64,000 nt of DNA. It comes from Octopus vulgaris (taxonomy: Eukaryota). The notes beneath the pieces are model-generated. The model was not told where the DNA came from, made no database searches, and saw nothing but the letters and a program-made list of their open reading frames with translations. Both the position numbers and the translations under genes were made by a program. This document shows, piece by piece, positions 1-13,712 of the stretch. The stretch covers positions 17,298,001-17,362,000 of the forward strand of contig OX597826.1 of assembly GCA_951406725.2 (NCBI GenBank), in the 5' to 3' direction. The first letter of the stretch is position 1. Each line of letters begins with the position of its first letter.

Positions 1-308
1 TCTCTTAAACCGGATCTTATTTAAGTTTTCGAGACGTTTCAGCGACTGACCATAAAACCATCCGGCTTAACAGAATAACAGTCTATCTTGTGATTGATCC
101 TCCTACCGTGTCCGCTACTTCTTTTCAGCTGAGTGGATTGAAGTATCGAAATATGAAAAGGGTTTCTCAAACCCAACACTCATACACGGCTAAGCGCCTT
201 TAAATACAGGTTTGTCTTCTGTTTGTGAATGTGTGTGTGTTTGGGTGTGTACGTGGGTGCGTGTGTGCATGTGTGCGCGTGTGTATGAGTGCGTGCTCAT
301 TAAACTCT

Positions 309-500
309 GGTAAAAGCACCACAGAGTATTGTTAATCGTTAAACAGTTACAATGGAAGTGCATGAAAGAGAGGCTTCACTTCTACAAAGTTTCCATTCAT
401 CTAACGAAAGCCTTGGTCCTGAATAGTAAAGCATTGTGGAGAATCTTGAAAAAGTTAGGACGCTCACCTAATTTTCTGTCTTATTTGCCTAACAAACTTG
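309..500 (+). mobile_element. RTE-clade LINE reverse transcriptase fragment (degenerate)
   Basis: Manual translation GKSTTE / KQLQWKCMKERLHFYKVSIHLTKALVLNSKALWRILKKLGRSPNF resembles the RTE RT segment GRST..RQLQEKCREQ..LY..FIDLTKAFD.VNREALW.IL.K.G.P..F; frameshifted. Confidence 0.7.
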
Positions 501-698
501 TATAAAGACCTGCATCATGCCAGTGTGTATTTCACAGCATAGCCTGCAGGATTGAATACCTAGAGTTTAGTAATTACCTTAGAGTTCTTGGTAGATATAA
601 TACCTAAACTCTTAGAGGTGTATGTGTGCAAGGTTTGATACATACCTCCTTGAAATATCAATGATAATGATAGATTTGTGATCTTGTTTTATCTATTA

Positions 699-1534
699 CT
701 AGCAGTATTGCCCGGCTCGTGCGCTCGTGCGTTCTATGCACGCGTGAATTAAGCTAAACTTGGATGAAGTTCAATCAAAATTCAATAATTTTGGTTTTAA
801 AATCAAGCATTTAATGCCCTCTATTTTTGCGTTTATGTGTTCCATTTCCTCAATAGGAAGTATGTAGAAGCGTTTCATAAATTTTTGTTGATCATATAAT
901 TGCATTGTTGAATTATTCTTTTAGATCAGTATTTCTCAACGGGGATTTCAGGGGAGAGTTTCAGGGAGTTGCTGGCGATGTATCGTGATGATCAAAAATC
1001 CGGCCTGCTAAAATTTGGTTAAAGTGATTCAAACTGCAGGCTCAACGCAAAATGGTCACATTTAATTCAAAGCGTTAAAAATGTTATGAAAACAATTGGT
1101 ATGTGTTCACAAAGTCCGAACGATTAATACAAAAAAACCCTCCAGGCTACATCCCGAAAATTCATTTCTTTGCCGAATTTCTACAATGTTTACGGCGATT
1201 CGTTTTTATATCTTGATTTTTTATTTTTCATGCAATTTACGCATGCTTGCACACGTGGTGAACACAATTCACGTCAAACAGATGACTGAGTAAAGTTCAC
1301 TATTCAATGCATGGGATAAGGCCTAAACAAACACATTATCGATTTTTGCACTTGCGAGATGAATTTCGGAACAGAAATAGCGCAGTTCAATTTTCATTCG
1401 CCTAAACTTTAAGTGACCCATTTTTGGTGGTTCTACAATTTGTTGGCTAGGAGGAGATGTGCCGGGAAGTTAAACACACAGACACACACACAGATACACA
1501 CACAGACACACAAGTTGAGTTCTATATATATAGA
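699..1534 (-). mobile_element. Non-autonomous Helitron
   Basis: Minus strand begins A|TCTATATATA (1534) followed by a GT-rich microsatellite and ends GCCGGGCAATACTGCTAG|T (699). TC...CTAG termini in an A|T site; the subterminal hairpin is degenerate. Confidence 0.65.
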
Positions 1535-2091
1535 TATCCTGTCGTTTGGTCAAACAGTTCCTGTCCGAATGGACTACTAAAATCCATCTTATTCATTGCC
1601 TGTCATTTTCAAACGTTCCAAACATTATGTCAGCACAATTTTCAGCAGCATCCATGTTATAATGAATGAGAAATTTATCCAACTTCTTGATGTATCTGCA
1701 TTTATAATCTGCTTTGGCGAATATAAGGCATATATTAGTATGCGATAGATTATTTCATCAAATCTCTCCACATTCCCGACGACTAAAATAAAATTTGTCT
1801 TGAAGATGGATACTTGATAATATTTGTAGGTAGAAAAATTGATCCTCGATTGCAAATCTAGACAACATTTCCGCGTTTCTTTTTAATTTCCTGTTGGTCA
1901 AGCAGTTCGGGGAAAACCAATTATATTGCCCCCAGTATTGACTGGTTAATATCTATGCTTAATCATGATATATATGTAGATACAGAAACACATTTACACG
2001 CACAAAGACGTACACGTATGAATATACGTATACATGTGTATGTGTGTGTATAAATATATGAACATATAAATATATATATACATATATACAT

Positions 2092-2155
<64 letters not shown>

Positions 2156-2545
2156 ATATATATATATATATACTGTGGATTCTTTTCGTAAACGATTGAG
2201 GAAGGAACCCTAACTAGGTATCTTTACTTTGATCTTCAGCTGCGCATTGGTTAGTACGAAAAAGACGTTTTTTGGTCTAACAGGCGAACTTTATTGTTTA
2301 TTCTTTCAGGTTGGGAAGCAAATCCGGCCTTCCTGCGTGGTACGAGTCCACAAAACTACAAACAAAATCATTTTAAGTATGATCTCGAAGGTACAGCAGC
2401 TTCAGATTCGCATCATGTTTCTGTCTACTCACTTTAAACTATTCTAAGCTAGTGAAACATATTGTTCTCCGTTTGTTTCGTTTTCAGTAAAGTCTTTCAA
2501 TAAGTCAAGATCAATATTACAACACTTGAAGTTATCATTAAACAT

Positions 2546-2598
<53 letters not shown>

Positions 2599-2611
2599 TA
2601 TACACATATAT

Positions 2612-2677
<66 letters not shown>

Positions 2678-2681
<4 letters not shown>

Positions 2682-2875
2682 AGAGTTTACGAAAAAAACA
2701 AAAGACGAAGACAGGTGGTGTACAAAGCAAACAGATGTATTAGTATAACGCTCAAGAATAGAAAAAGTCTTTTACGTGTTTTGAGCCTACGCTCTTCTAT
2801 AGAAAGGGACACGGAAAACAAGGAGAGAAACAAGGAGAGAAAAATGTGTGTAGTGGCTAACGATCTATCATGGCA

Positions 2876-2876
<1 letters not shown>
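2678..2876 (-). mobile_element. Short Penelope-pLTR/retrozyme-like element inserted in (TA)n, with decayed hammerhead motif
   Basis: About 200 bp flanked by (TA)n on both sides; homologous to 10434-10620. Minus strand at 2768-2806 reads CTTT-CTATAGA-A-GAGC-GTAG-GCTC-AAAAC, a decayed hammerhead. Confidence 0.6.
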
Positions 2877-2951
<75 letters not shown>

Positions 2952-4339
2952 ATTATACTATATATATATTTAATTGTATCCTTAAAGATTATATAAAGAC
3001 CACCTTAGACTCAGAACTAGCCAGGTCAATTCCATTTCTTTTAACCAGTGAGACAGACGATCCTTTAGCCTTTAGAGTACTGGGATTTTGGGAAACTATT
3101 TACCGTTTTATTCAATATCAGCAGTGAGGCCGAAATGCTATGTTTTAGAAGAAGTTGTCTCACATTACATTTTAAAATATATTATTAGCGAACACATTCA
3201 AGCATTTACATGAAAATAACCAAACTTTTACCCGAATCGAAAGTACATATTATATTTTAATCTACTTACTTCTAAATGTCTTATTTGGTTAAGATACATA
3301 AAAGTTGCAATATGTCTATATATATATATATATATATATTTATATTACTCAATACTACATGTAAAGCGATATAATTCATGGAATGTTGAAACTTTATAAA
3401 ATGTTACTCCAAGTTTCTTGTTGGTGGTATTCAGGTGAATATATAAAATAGAATATATCTTTCCATATACAAAAATGTTTGTAATTTTGAAATATTATCG
3501 ATTATTTCTCATTTAAACAAAACTTGCTGCTCACTTCTGAGCGGAGCTACCACTTTCACGAGGAATGTTTTGACTGGTTGTAGATCGTTTTAGCTAATAT
3601 ATAACAGGCTCGATCCTTCCAAAACCAGATATGTTTGGAGTGACTTGCGTCATATTTCCTTTTCGTAAATGCTACAATATGTTGATTGTAATGAGTTTTA
3701 AAACTGTTTCGGTGAGAGTTCTTGGCCTTAACTACATTATTATTTAAAAGCTTATGGTACATATGGGAAAAATTAAATTTAATTGGCTTCTGACGTTATG
3801 AGTAAGCACATTTAGAGTAAACACTTGATTATACCTTTATATATTTTTTGGTCTGCTTTTACATTTAGAAAAGATTGGTATGAATCGTGCATTGCATATT
3901 ATTAGTTAAATCACTTTTACAAAGTACCTCATTATCATATAAAATACTACGAAGAGAAGCCTAATCCGAAGATAAACAGGATACACATTTATTCATATCA
4001 AGCATTAAATCTCTTAGAACAGAAGGCATGTTAATTATGTAAAATAAACTATCATTTTGCTTTTGATAATAATTATAGAAAACGTGTGTGTTTCCACTGA
4101 GTGTGTGTGGATATGTTTACGTATATACATAGGTATGTGCATTTTCCACTAGATTTTCGGGATCAAATATAATTAAAACGATTACGTACCATTAGATTCT
4201 GTACAATTTGTATGTTTTACATAAATAATTAGATCACCGGGCAGTTGAGAGTTAAGTGCCTTGGCTTTTATTATATCTACATACATATACAAATATAACA
4301 TATGTGCATATATACATAGAAATTTGTATGTTTATATAT

Positions 4340-4349
4340 GCAGACAGAC

Positions 4350-4420
<71 letters not shown>

Positions 4421-4465
4421 CAGACAAACGGACAGACAGACAGACAGACATACAGACAGACAGAC

Positions 4466-4549
<84 letters not shown>

Positions 4550-4780
4550 GGATGGATAGGAAGTTAGGTAGGTATGTATGTAAGTAGGTAGGTGGGTAGG
4601 TAGGTAGGTAGGTAGGTAGGTAGGTAGGTAGGTAGGTGGATAGATAGATAAATAGATAGATAGAGACAAACAGACAGACAGCAGACAGACAGACAGATAG
4701 ACAGAGAGATACATAGATGGACAGACCGACAGACCGACAGACGGACAGAGGGACAGACACATACATACCTACATGCATAC
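4340..4780. repeat. Compound tetranucleotide microsatellite (GATA)n/(GACA)n/(GGTA)n
   Basis: Direct inspection; source of the SIYL/PTYL pseudo-ORFs. Confidence 0.97.
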
Positions 4781-5269
4781 ATGTAAATATATGTATGTAA
4801 TTTTATTCGTATATATAAGGGTGTGTGTGCATGTATTCAATTATGTAAACGTAATAAATATAGTTTAAGGTGAGATGTACTTATCATTCACACTCTTCTT
4901 CTCCCTCTCTCTTTCTCTCTCTCTCTCCACCCTCTCTCTCACTTGCACTCAGTTTTGAGCTTAACTAGTTCTTAACGTGAACTAATTTAACATTGGTTCA
5001 TCAAGTATGTTACTATACCTCACTAATTTACAATATATAAATACCATATCTCGAGATTTCTGACTGTAATTGCTGATGACTTTTATTTTCTCTCCTCGAG
5101 GCAATATGTGCACATCTATGTTTGCATATGTGCTTCTGCGTGTATGTATATGCTGTAATAAATAAGTGTGTTTAAATAGATACACAGAATTAACGAGATT
5201 TATCTAAAGAAATATAGCTTGTATGTGTAGCTGCATTAGCTATATTGTGTCTATTTACATTTGCATGCA

Positions 5270-5388
5270 AGTATGTGCGTGTGCGAGCCTATGTGTGTGT
5301 GTAGGTATGCATGTGTATACGTGTGTGTGTATGTATAGATAGATAGATATATTGATTGATTGATTGATTGATTGATAGATAGATAGAT

Positions 5389-5439
<51 letters not shown>

Positions 5440-5648
5440 CACACACACACATACACACACACGTACACATATATGCCTTTGTATGTATACTTTGACTCGC
5501 TGTGTCTGTATATTCGTACAGATATAAGGTCCGTATAAATCAATACTTTTCGCCTATTAGTACTTGTGTGTGTATGTGTATATGTGTGTGTATGTGTGTG
5601 TATGTATGTGTATATGTGTATGTATCTATGCATATATATATGCGTGTG

Positions 5649-5703
<55 letters not shown>

Positions 5704-5720
5704 ATGTATCTGTGCATATG
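5270..5720. repeat. (GATT)n/(GATA)n and (GT)n microsatellite cluster
   Basis: Direct inspection. Confidence 0.93.
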
Positions 5721-7236
5721 TATCTGTATAGCATTTTCAAGTCTATTTGTAAATCCAAAAGAACTAAAAAGTACTTCTGATTAATGACTTTTTTTCATAG
5801 GGAGAACTGAACACTTGCGTAATCAATTTAACTTAAATTTTCAATCATTGGCTAATCCTAATCAACTTAGACAATTTAATCCAGGAGAAAAAAATTCTGT
5901 CTAGGCACCTCCTTTCCCAACCGATTTCGTCTTTAAATTTTCAATTGCTGCTGCTGCTACTACTAGTACTACTACTACTACCACTACCATCACCACCACC
6001 ACCACTATTACTACTATTATTGTTACAGTTTCTGCTACTGCTAGAAATTCTATTCTCAGACCTGCTTCTTTTTAGACTCTGTATATCTAGAAGCTTAATT
6101 TATTCTGAGTTTTTGGCTGACTATTTTCCGTTGATCGTCAAAGAATAGATAATCCAGCTACAATTAAGAATTGCAATTACATTCCTACATATTCGAATGT
6201 AGTTTCTTGCCAATTCGCTCTTAAATTCAGATTCTTTGCCAACTCAACATCCTTCCTAATTCATCATCTTCTCTAATTGGTCATCTATTAATGTCTTAAG
6301 GTTCCTCGAACTGACACACCTTTCAGCCGTTGAGAATATCCTAAAATAGACTGTTAAACTCCTATTAAAGCTACAGCTGAATTAGTCTGTCTACCTAACA
6401 AACGATAAATAGTTCGTATTTCATCAGTCACTTTGCAGTGTCAATACCCAACAGAATAAATTCTCACCGAAAATATCAACCTTCAGAGTAAATGTGTTTC
6501 ATAAATAAAGCTATTGTGTAGCTAACCACTGTTCCGAAGAAACATGCCATTGTACGTTGAATCCGCCACGTCCAAAACTCAATTGTCTTCGGACATAGGC
6601 AAAACCCAAATGTTTAAAGAAGGTATAAGATTATGCGTTATTTTTTATGCTTTCAAATTTATTCCTTTCATAAAAATTATGTGAAAAATCACAGTGGAAC
6701 GAAATGTCTCAAATTTTTTTGCGACAAACTAAAATGCAGCAGTTAAAGGTTTGTAAATGTCAAAAGCGTATAAAGTCACAAAGCGTTGTTATTCGCTTTT
6801 GCATTTTTATCTTTTTAGGGCTTCACTTACGATGAATTGAAAGCATTCTGATTTGAAACAGCAGAAATCTTTTTATTTGAAAATGGAACAAATATTAATA
6901 AATGTTGTGTATATGAAGGATGTGATATATAAAATAAAGAAAAAATCATAATGGCTTTAAGGTTTTCTTAAGATTTGAAGTTAATAAAGTTGTTTATATT
7001 TGCATCATTTTTTAAGATGATTTGTTGATGAGTTGAAAGAGCTCAATAGAACTCCTTCAACGAACAATACGAAGCATTCGGGGTTTTCCCAAAATAGCAA
7101 AGTGAAATAAAACAAACATTCATATTCTATGTATAAGCCTATTGTCTATAAAACACAATGAAAGTTATCTACACAATGACTGATTTAAAACATCAGAATA
7201 TATATATATATATATGTATGTATGTATGTATGCATG

Positions 7237-7270
<34 letters not shown>

Positions 7271-7310
7271 TGTATGTATGTATGTATGTATGTATGTATG
7301 TATGTATATA

Positions 7311-7918
7311 AGTGGTGGACCTAGGTCCCATCTCCTGTGACAACTCTCGCCAACAAAGTTTCGCCTTCATTGTTGTAGCCGCCAAATAAACGTTGACCAA
7401 TCTCCACACGATTGTGCTTACACGCTTCGGTAATCTCACGTGGTGCGCACCTCACACAGGCTATATTGAAACAAAGCTTGTCATGAATGATTTTGTATGC
7501 TGAACCATGACTAATTTGCAGAGAACATGCCTCGAAATCGATGATCACTCGTCGGTTCACCAGAGGTTTTTCCTCAAATTTGTTAAATCTCCACGTCAGT
7601 CATGAAGATTAACGGGCATCTTGCAGTCTCTCTGAGCTTCACGCTTGTCCTGCGGTGTTTAAGCTTCTCAATCCTCTCATACACGCTTTTGTGCAGTAGT
7701 GATGTCCCTGTATTCTACTGAAAACCTTCTTTGGTGTACAATGCCAGCGGAACGGCCATATATACTCTGTAATACAACAAAGAAAACTGGAGCAATCAAG
7801 GTCAAACCCCGATTATGTAACCACAAGATTACCACCTTTAAGCACACGAGCTCTGATGGCAGTGTGTGCGACCAACCTAAAGAACGTTTTAACGAAAGTG
7901 CAGATATTTTTTTTTGAC

Positions 7919-7920
<2 letters not shown>
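7311..7920 (-). mobile_element. Truncated mariner transposon (5' half; HTH region to first catalytic Asp)
   Basis: ORF 7321-7560 NRRVIID..LQISHGSAYKIIHDKL.F..ACVRCAPREIT...LLARVVTGDGT matches the mariner pattern ISHGS..IIH..L...KVCARWVPR.LT...IVTGDETW; bounded by (TATG)n and (GT)n tracts. Confidence 0.85.
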
Positions 7921-7984
<64 letters not shown>

Positions 7985-8731
7985 GTGTGTATACACATAC
8001 ATACACATATAAAATGCCAGATATATAACAGCGAAGTCTCAACGATAAAAACAGCAAAGCATTTGAAAGATAAATGCAAGTATAAACATAGAAATTATAA
8101 AGAAACGCTATTGAAAAGTAGTAGTATTGCTTGGAAGAACACCGTTAGTTGGCCATAGCGCAATCTAGAGGTTGTTGACTTCCCTATTAAGAATTTAAGA
8201 ATTGAATTATGATCCTGCATAGTTGTGCGAGATGCATTCTAATGACCAAATATGAAAATAATGTGAATTATCTGATGAAGTCGAGGAGATAGTCGTTTGT
8301 TTACTTCGGGTGAACATAAATTATGTCTACAGATACTGTTAGGTGGGAGATCTGCAAACAGATACTCCACAGATATCAACATATTTAAACGATAGCATGC
8401 ATAAGCGTATGGCTGATAATTCGTTTTGCAATTACGTGGCTCTGAGTTGACAAGTAGATGTGTACACATGCCAACGTTTACATGATAAACGTATGCATCT
8501 GTACTTATTACATTCTAATACAAAGTTTTAAAATGCTTCTGATAATTTGTAGCAATAATTGCCTAATTAACTGTGTCCTTTCTAAAGATTAGTATTGTGG
8601 CAGTTAGTTAAATAAACAAGTTTCCAGTTGTAATAGATATAACTCTATATGTATATTCCGGGTGTTGCGATAAGTCTCTCATTAGTTCGGTATAGATGTT
8701 TTCTGTGTCATAAATTCTTTAACATTATATT

Positions 8732-8947
8732 GGTTTCAAATTTTGGAAGAAGGCCAGTAAGTTCGAGGGAAGGGTTAAATCAGTGACATCGACCCCAGTG
8801 CTCAACTGCTACGTATTTTATCAAACTCCAAAGGATGAAAGGCAAAGTCTACCTCGGTGGAATTTGAACTCAGAACGTAAAAATGGACGAAATGCCGCTA
8901 GGCATATCGCCCGGCGTGCTAACGATTCTACCAGCTCGGCGTTTTAA
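8732..8947 (-). mobile_element. tRNA-derived SINE, family B (Meta-domain-like)
   Basis: Minus strand GAGCTGGTAGAATCGTTAGC...GTTCAAATTCC...GCCTTTCATCCTTT; 16-bp TSD TCTTTAACATTATATT at 8716-8731 and 8948-8963. Confidence 0.92.
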
Positions 8948-9986
8948 TCTTTAACATTATATTAACAACAGCAAGGTTACTATGCGCGGTTCACTTCTAT
9001 TCCCAAATGGTCTTTTATGTTTGTATTCTACAAAGATCTAGACAGGACATTCTATCAGTATTCTTTCATATCATTACTGAATAGAACCTCCACGTCACTG
9101 TGCTTCTTTTATTATTATCTTTCGTATTATTCTTTCTACAAATTCCATTGTAAAATAGTTTGGGACATGACATATTTCCTTGGTAGATAACACTATAATG
9201 ATATTTTCAAACAATTACATATGAAATAAATGATAGCTTCACCGTTAGTTCTATCAGTTGACTTATCTCGGCAGTTTACTCGTATCCATGACTTATTTGT
9301 CCATTAGGTATATGATTGTTATATCTTGTTCTTGTTTTGCAAAACATACTTTTCACAGCTAGAATCCTTGTGGTTGATAAAAGATAGACTACTTTACCTA
9401 TTTATCTTGTCATCACATTGAAGCCATCTGCCAACATGGCTATACACTTTAGCTTCTGGTGATAGGTATACAAATTTTCATTTGATAGACTGTTGTGATA
9501 AAGTTGTTCTCTAGCTACGTATCATTAATCATCGCTCTTGGTATACTTTCCGAGGAGCACTTTTTCAACATACACGATGCTGTCTGTCTTAAGCATTCAG
9601 ACAGGGTCTACAGGTGGGTGCGCATATCTTTCGGTGATATACTGTTGAAATATGTAACAATCATCGGGAACAATAAATCGGTGCATTTGTATAAAGTCAT
9701 TCGTGATATTTCTTCCACTCGAGTTACACATGCAATCCTCTCAACCACATAATTACTCTCAGCTTCATCAATGTTGTAGAACAGTGATTAGTCTATTGAA
9801 AGTTTGTCACTTATGTCGTATTGTTCACAAAATACTATGTACCATAAAATACTATGTACCATAAAAAGTAAAATATAAATAAACAACGATGAAGTATTAA
9901 ATTTGGAATACAAGCCATAGGAAAAGATGAAGTCAAAATACACCGAAGCATGACATTACACAGATACTAGCCAGATATGTTTTTTC

Positions 9987-10222
9987 TTTTATATTTTATT
10001 TGTTTCTGTCATAAGACTGCGGCCACGCTGGGGCGCCTCTTCAAGAACTTTTAGTCGAATGTATCGATACCAGTAATTAATTTTTTTTAAACCTGGTACT
10101 TATTCTATCCGACTCTGTTGCCGAACAGCCAATTTATAATGACGTAAACACACCAGCACCGGTTGTCAAGTTGTGTATGTGGGAAGAAACACAAACACGA
10201 AGTTACACACATACACACACAC

Positions 10223-10225
<3 letters not shown>
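9987..10225 (-). mobile_element. SINE family A, 3' half
   Basis: Reverse complement of the CTTGACAACCG..GGTGTGTTTACG..GATAGAATAAGTAC..GCAGTC..TGAC.GAAACAAATAAAA tail seen in the full copies. Confidence 0.85.
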
Positions 10226-10305
<80 letters not shown>

Positions 10306-10386
10306 ACATGTATAGGATCGTTTATAGAAATACATAAATCCAGAGGAGAAGCGCAGACAAAGATGTAGAGATGTTAATATTGTAGT

Positions 10387-10433
<47 letters not shown>

Positions 10434-10437
<4 letters not shown>

Positions 10438-10620
10438 GAAATGTACAGAAAAACAAAACACGAAGACAGGTGTATAAACAACACACAGATGTATTAGTTT
10501 AACGCTCGGGAAGGTGAGAAAGTCTTTAACGTTTCGAGTCTACGCTCTTCAACAGAAAGGAACACAAGGAAATAAACAGAGAGACAATTATAAAACTTTT
10601 GGAGTTAGCGCTCAATCATT
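10434..10620 (-). mobile_element. Short Penelope-pLTR/retrozyme-like element with minimal hammerhead-like motif
   Basis: Homologous to 2678-2876; follows (TA)n. Minus strand 10559-10524 reads CTTT-CTGTTGA-A-GAGCGTAGACTC-GAAAC-GTT-AAAG. Confidence 0.6.
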
Positions 10621-10664
10621 TATGTGTGTGTGTGTGTGCGTGTGTGTGTGTGTGCGTGTGTGAG

Positions 10665-10930
10665 TGGAGTCGCGTGGCTTAGTGGCTAAGGTGTCATCAT
10701 CATGATCGTAAGATTGTGGTTTCGATTCCTGGACCGAGCGACGCGTTGTGTTCTTGAGCAAAACACTTCATTTCAAGTTGCTTCAGTCCACTCAATTGGC
10801 AAAAATGAGTAACGCTGCGATGGACTGGCATCCCGTCCAGCTGGGGAACACATACGCCATAAAAACCGGGAAACTGGGCCCATGAGCCTGGCTAGGCTTT
10901 AAAAGGGCGCATTTATTTATTTATTTATTT
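10665..10930 (+). mobile_element. tRNA-derived SINE, family C
   Basis: A box TGGCTTAGTGG, B box GTTTCGATTCC, body TGCGATGGACTGGCATCCCGTCCAG, (TTTA)n tail; 3' part homologous to 32452-32754. Confidence 0.85.
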
Positions 10931-10977
10931 ATTACTATATATATATATATGATGATAAATATATATATACATATATA

Positions 10978-11140
10978 TAACGAGCTTCGTTCGGTCTCCC
11001 TGCACCAAATTCACTTACAAGAATTTGGTTAGCCGAAGGCTATAGTAGAAGAAACTTTCCCAATATGCCACGCAGTGGGACTGACCCCCGAACTTTGTGG
11101 CTGGGAAGCAAGCTTCTTACCACAAAGCCACGCCTGCGCC
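10978..11140 (-). mobile_element. SINE family A, 5' (tRNA-head) half
   Basis: Minus strand GGCGCAGGCGTGGCTTTGTGGTAAGAAGCTTGC...GTCAGTCCCACTGCGTGGC. Confidence 0.88.
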
Positions 11141-11182
11141 TATAACTAACATTAACAAAATTTAATTCAGAAGCTACACAGT

Positions 11183-11385
11183 GGCGTAGCAATGGCTGTG
11201 TGGTAAATAGCTTGCTTACCAGCCACAAGCTTCCAGATTCAGTCCCACTACGTGGCACCTTGGGTAAGTGTCTTCTATTATAGCCTTGGGCCGACCAAAG
11301 CCTTGTCAGTGGATTTGGTAGACGGAAACTGAAAGAAGCCCGTCGAATATATGTATATATGTGTGTATGTGCGTATGTGTGTATG

Positions 11386-11416
<31 letters not shown>

Positions 11417-11647
11417 GTTTGTGTGTCTGTGTTTGTCCCTCCAACATCGCTTGACAACCGATGCTAGTGTGTTTACGCCCCCGTAACTTAGCGGTTCGGC
11501 AAATAGAGACAAATAGAATAAGTACTAGGCTTACAAAGAATAAGTCCTGGGGTCGATTTGCTCGACTGAAGGCGGTGCTCCAGCATGGCCACAGCCAAAT
11601 GACTGAAACAAGACAGTTTCTTTTAGCCAAGAGCAATAAAAATAAAA
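11183..11647 (+). mobile_element. SINE family A, full length
   Basis: tRNA-like head (TGGCTGTGTGG / GATTCAGTCCC), CCTTGGG.AAGTG core, internal (TG)n, A-rich tail; many copies in the window. Confidence 0.93.
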
Positions 11648-12199
11648 GTCCAATTATATTTTTACAGATCATAAGATATCAATGCCATATTATGACATTC
11701 ATAGATTTCCATAAATAGTAGTGACGAAGTTTGAAAGAAATATCTTCAAATTGCTGAGAGGAAAATAGCTAGCGATAGTCATACCTTCGTTTGAAGTATC
11801 ATCAAGCGCCGTAAATGAAGAACAACTGATTCAAAGAATATTTAATGTAATAAAACTAAGAAGCGAAGGCAATGAGAACGTAGAATGGACACATTAAATT
11901 GATTAACATACATGGTTTTAAAATGGTAAGTTAATTTAATGATGCCTTTGTGCACGTTATGTAAAGTGTTCGTCAGTGACATGTTAATAGCTCGAGTTTA
12001 TGACGTAAGGAACAAGTGTTATGCATTTTGTGAGTGTTGTTAAATTGTGCATCAATCCAGTCATTAAGTCATCGATATCCAGCTGTCGCTTGACTGGTTA
12101 TTCTTTTAATATGCTACAGGCTCATCTTCAAACATTTGTTTTCCTGCCACTAGCTTCAACAATTTTCACTATTATTAATAAAAGAAAATAAAACAAACT

Positions 12200-12241
12200 A
12201 TTATTATTATCATCATTATTATTATTATTATTATTATTATC

Positions 12242-12301
<60 letters not shown>

Positions 12302-12323
12302 GTCATCATCATTATCATCATCG

Positions 12324-12361
<38 letters not shown>

Positions 12362-12420
12362 ATCATCATCATCAATCATCGTCATCATCATCACCAACAA
12401 CATAATTTATTATTATATTT
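12200..12420. repeat. (ATT)n/(ATC)n trinucleotide microsatellite
   Basis: Direct inspection. Confidence 0.95.
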
Positions 12421-12753
12421 TTTTTTGTTGTTTTGATCATTTAGATACTTGTTTTCTACCATACCATCAACTTCAATTCCGCTTTGTCTTTCGGGGATAT
12501 TAAATCATGTTTGCATGTTAGATCACTATTTCTTTGTTGTTGATACTATTTTATAGTTATCTAGTTTATATTGTATTGTATACAGTATGGGCAATGTGAG
12601 CCGAGTGCTTTGTTGGATGACGATGGAAAGGAGTTGAGTATTATTTCAGAAGGATTTATTTGGGCTCTGTTGAACTATTGGCTGTTAATTGAACAGAGAA
12701 TAAATTTCGTGCATGCACCAGGTGCTAATCATGTAACAGTATGCTATGCATGT

Positions 12754-12848
<95 letters not shown>

Positions 12849-12857
12849 CACAGGCAC

Positions 12858-12898
<41 letters not shown>

Positions 12899-12975
12899 CT
12901 AGCAGCTCAGCCCGGTTTTAGCCGATCTGTTTGGATGATGTAGCTGTGATCGTTTTCGATTAGGCATAATCTATA
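12899..12975 (-). mobile_element. Possible Helitron 3' terminus
   Basis: ACTAGCAGCTCAGCCCGG resembles the terminus at 699-716 (ACTAGCAGTATTGCCCGG) and has a short CGGTT/AGCCG hairpin; the other end was not located. Confidence 0.35.
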
Positions 12976-13248
12976 TAACAGCGTTTCTCAACCTTAACAT
13001 TCCGTGTCCCCTATTTCGATTGGAGCCTCCCCACTTGTCAGAAAACAGTTTCAGGAGTTGTGAAGGAAGTAATTGTAGGTAGTCTGTTTCTAAGAGCTAT
13101 TCTATTGGACCTCTGTCCAATCATTAAAACATTGATTTAATTATGAACATAGAAAGAAATTATACATTAATCCCTATTTTTGTAAGCAGTTGTATCCGCA
13201 AAAATTTTATTTGCAGAGAGCAGAAATTGAAAGAAGTTATATGAAATG

Positions 13249-13250
<2 letters not shown>

Positions 13251-13339
<89 letters not shown>

Positions 13340-13370
13340 AAATGTGTGTGTGCGTGCGTGCGTATGTGAG
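13251..13370. repeat. (GT)n microsatellite
   Basis: Direct inspection. Confidence 0.97.
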
Positions 13371-13712
13371 AGAGCAGAAGAGAAACAGCATAGCAAAAGT
13401 TTTGGCTGACTGTCATCCTGTATTCCCCTTGTTGGTAGCGAAATGGTATATGCCGGATGTGTGAGCGACTGGTTGTTTTAATGGCGGAACAAACAGGGGA
13501 ATTCCATTAGAAAAGTTTTAATCAATTTAAGTATGGGGGCTGGGGAAAAAATAGAAACTGAGGTGTATATATACTAGAAAATGTCAAGAGGAATGACAGG
13601 TGAAAATATTTATTTAGCCACTTGACATCCTTGGGACTACCATAGTTACGAATCTTTCTTCATGTAATAATAATTTCAATATATAATAAATTATAGAGTT
13701 GAACCGTTGATG

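Noticed and set aside
2497-5784. Many 70-160 aa ORFs (YIYI, SIYL, THTH, CVCV repeats), here and throughout the window
   Set aside because: Stop-free read-through of di-, tri- and tetranucleotide microsatellites; not genes.
9400-9780. Unique-looking sequence with Cys-containing open stretches on the minus strand
   Set aside because: Interrupted by stops, no recognisable domain and no clear splice structure.
11040-11672. Longest ORF in the window (210 aa) and similar ORFs at 24195, 50409 and 58276
   Set aside because: Antisense translation of SINE-A copies; the similarity between these ORFs reflects the repeat.
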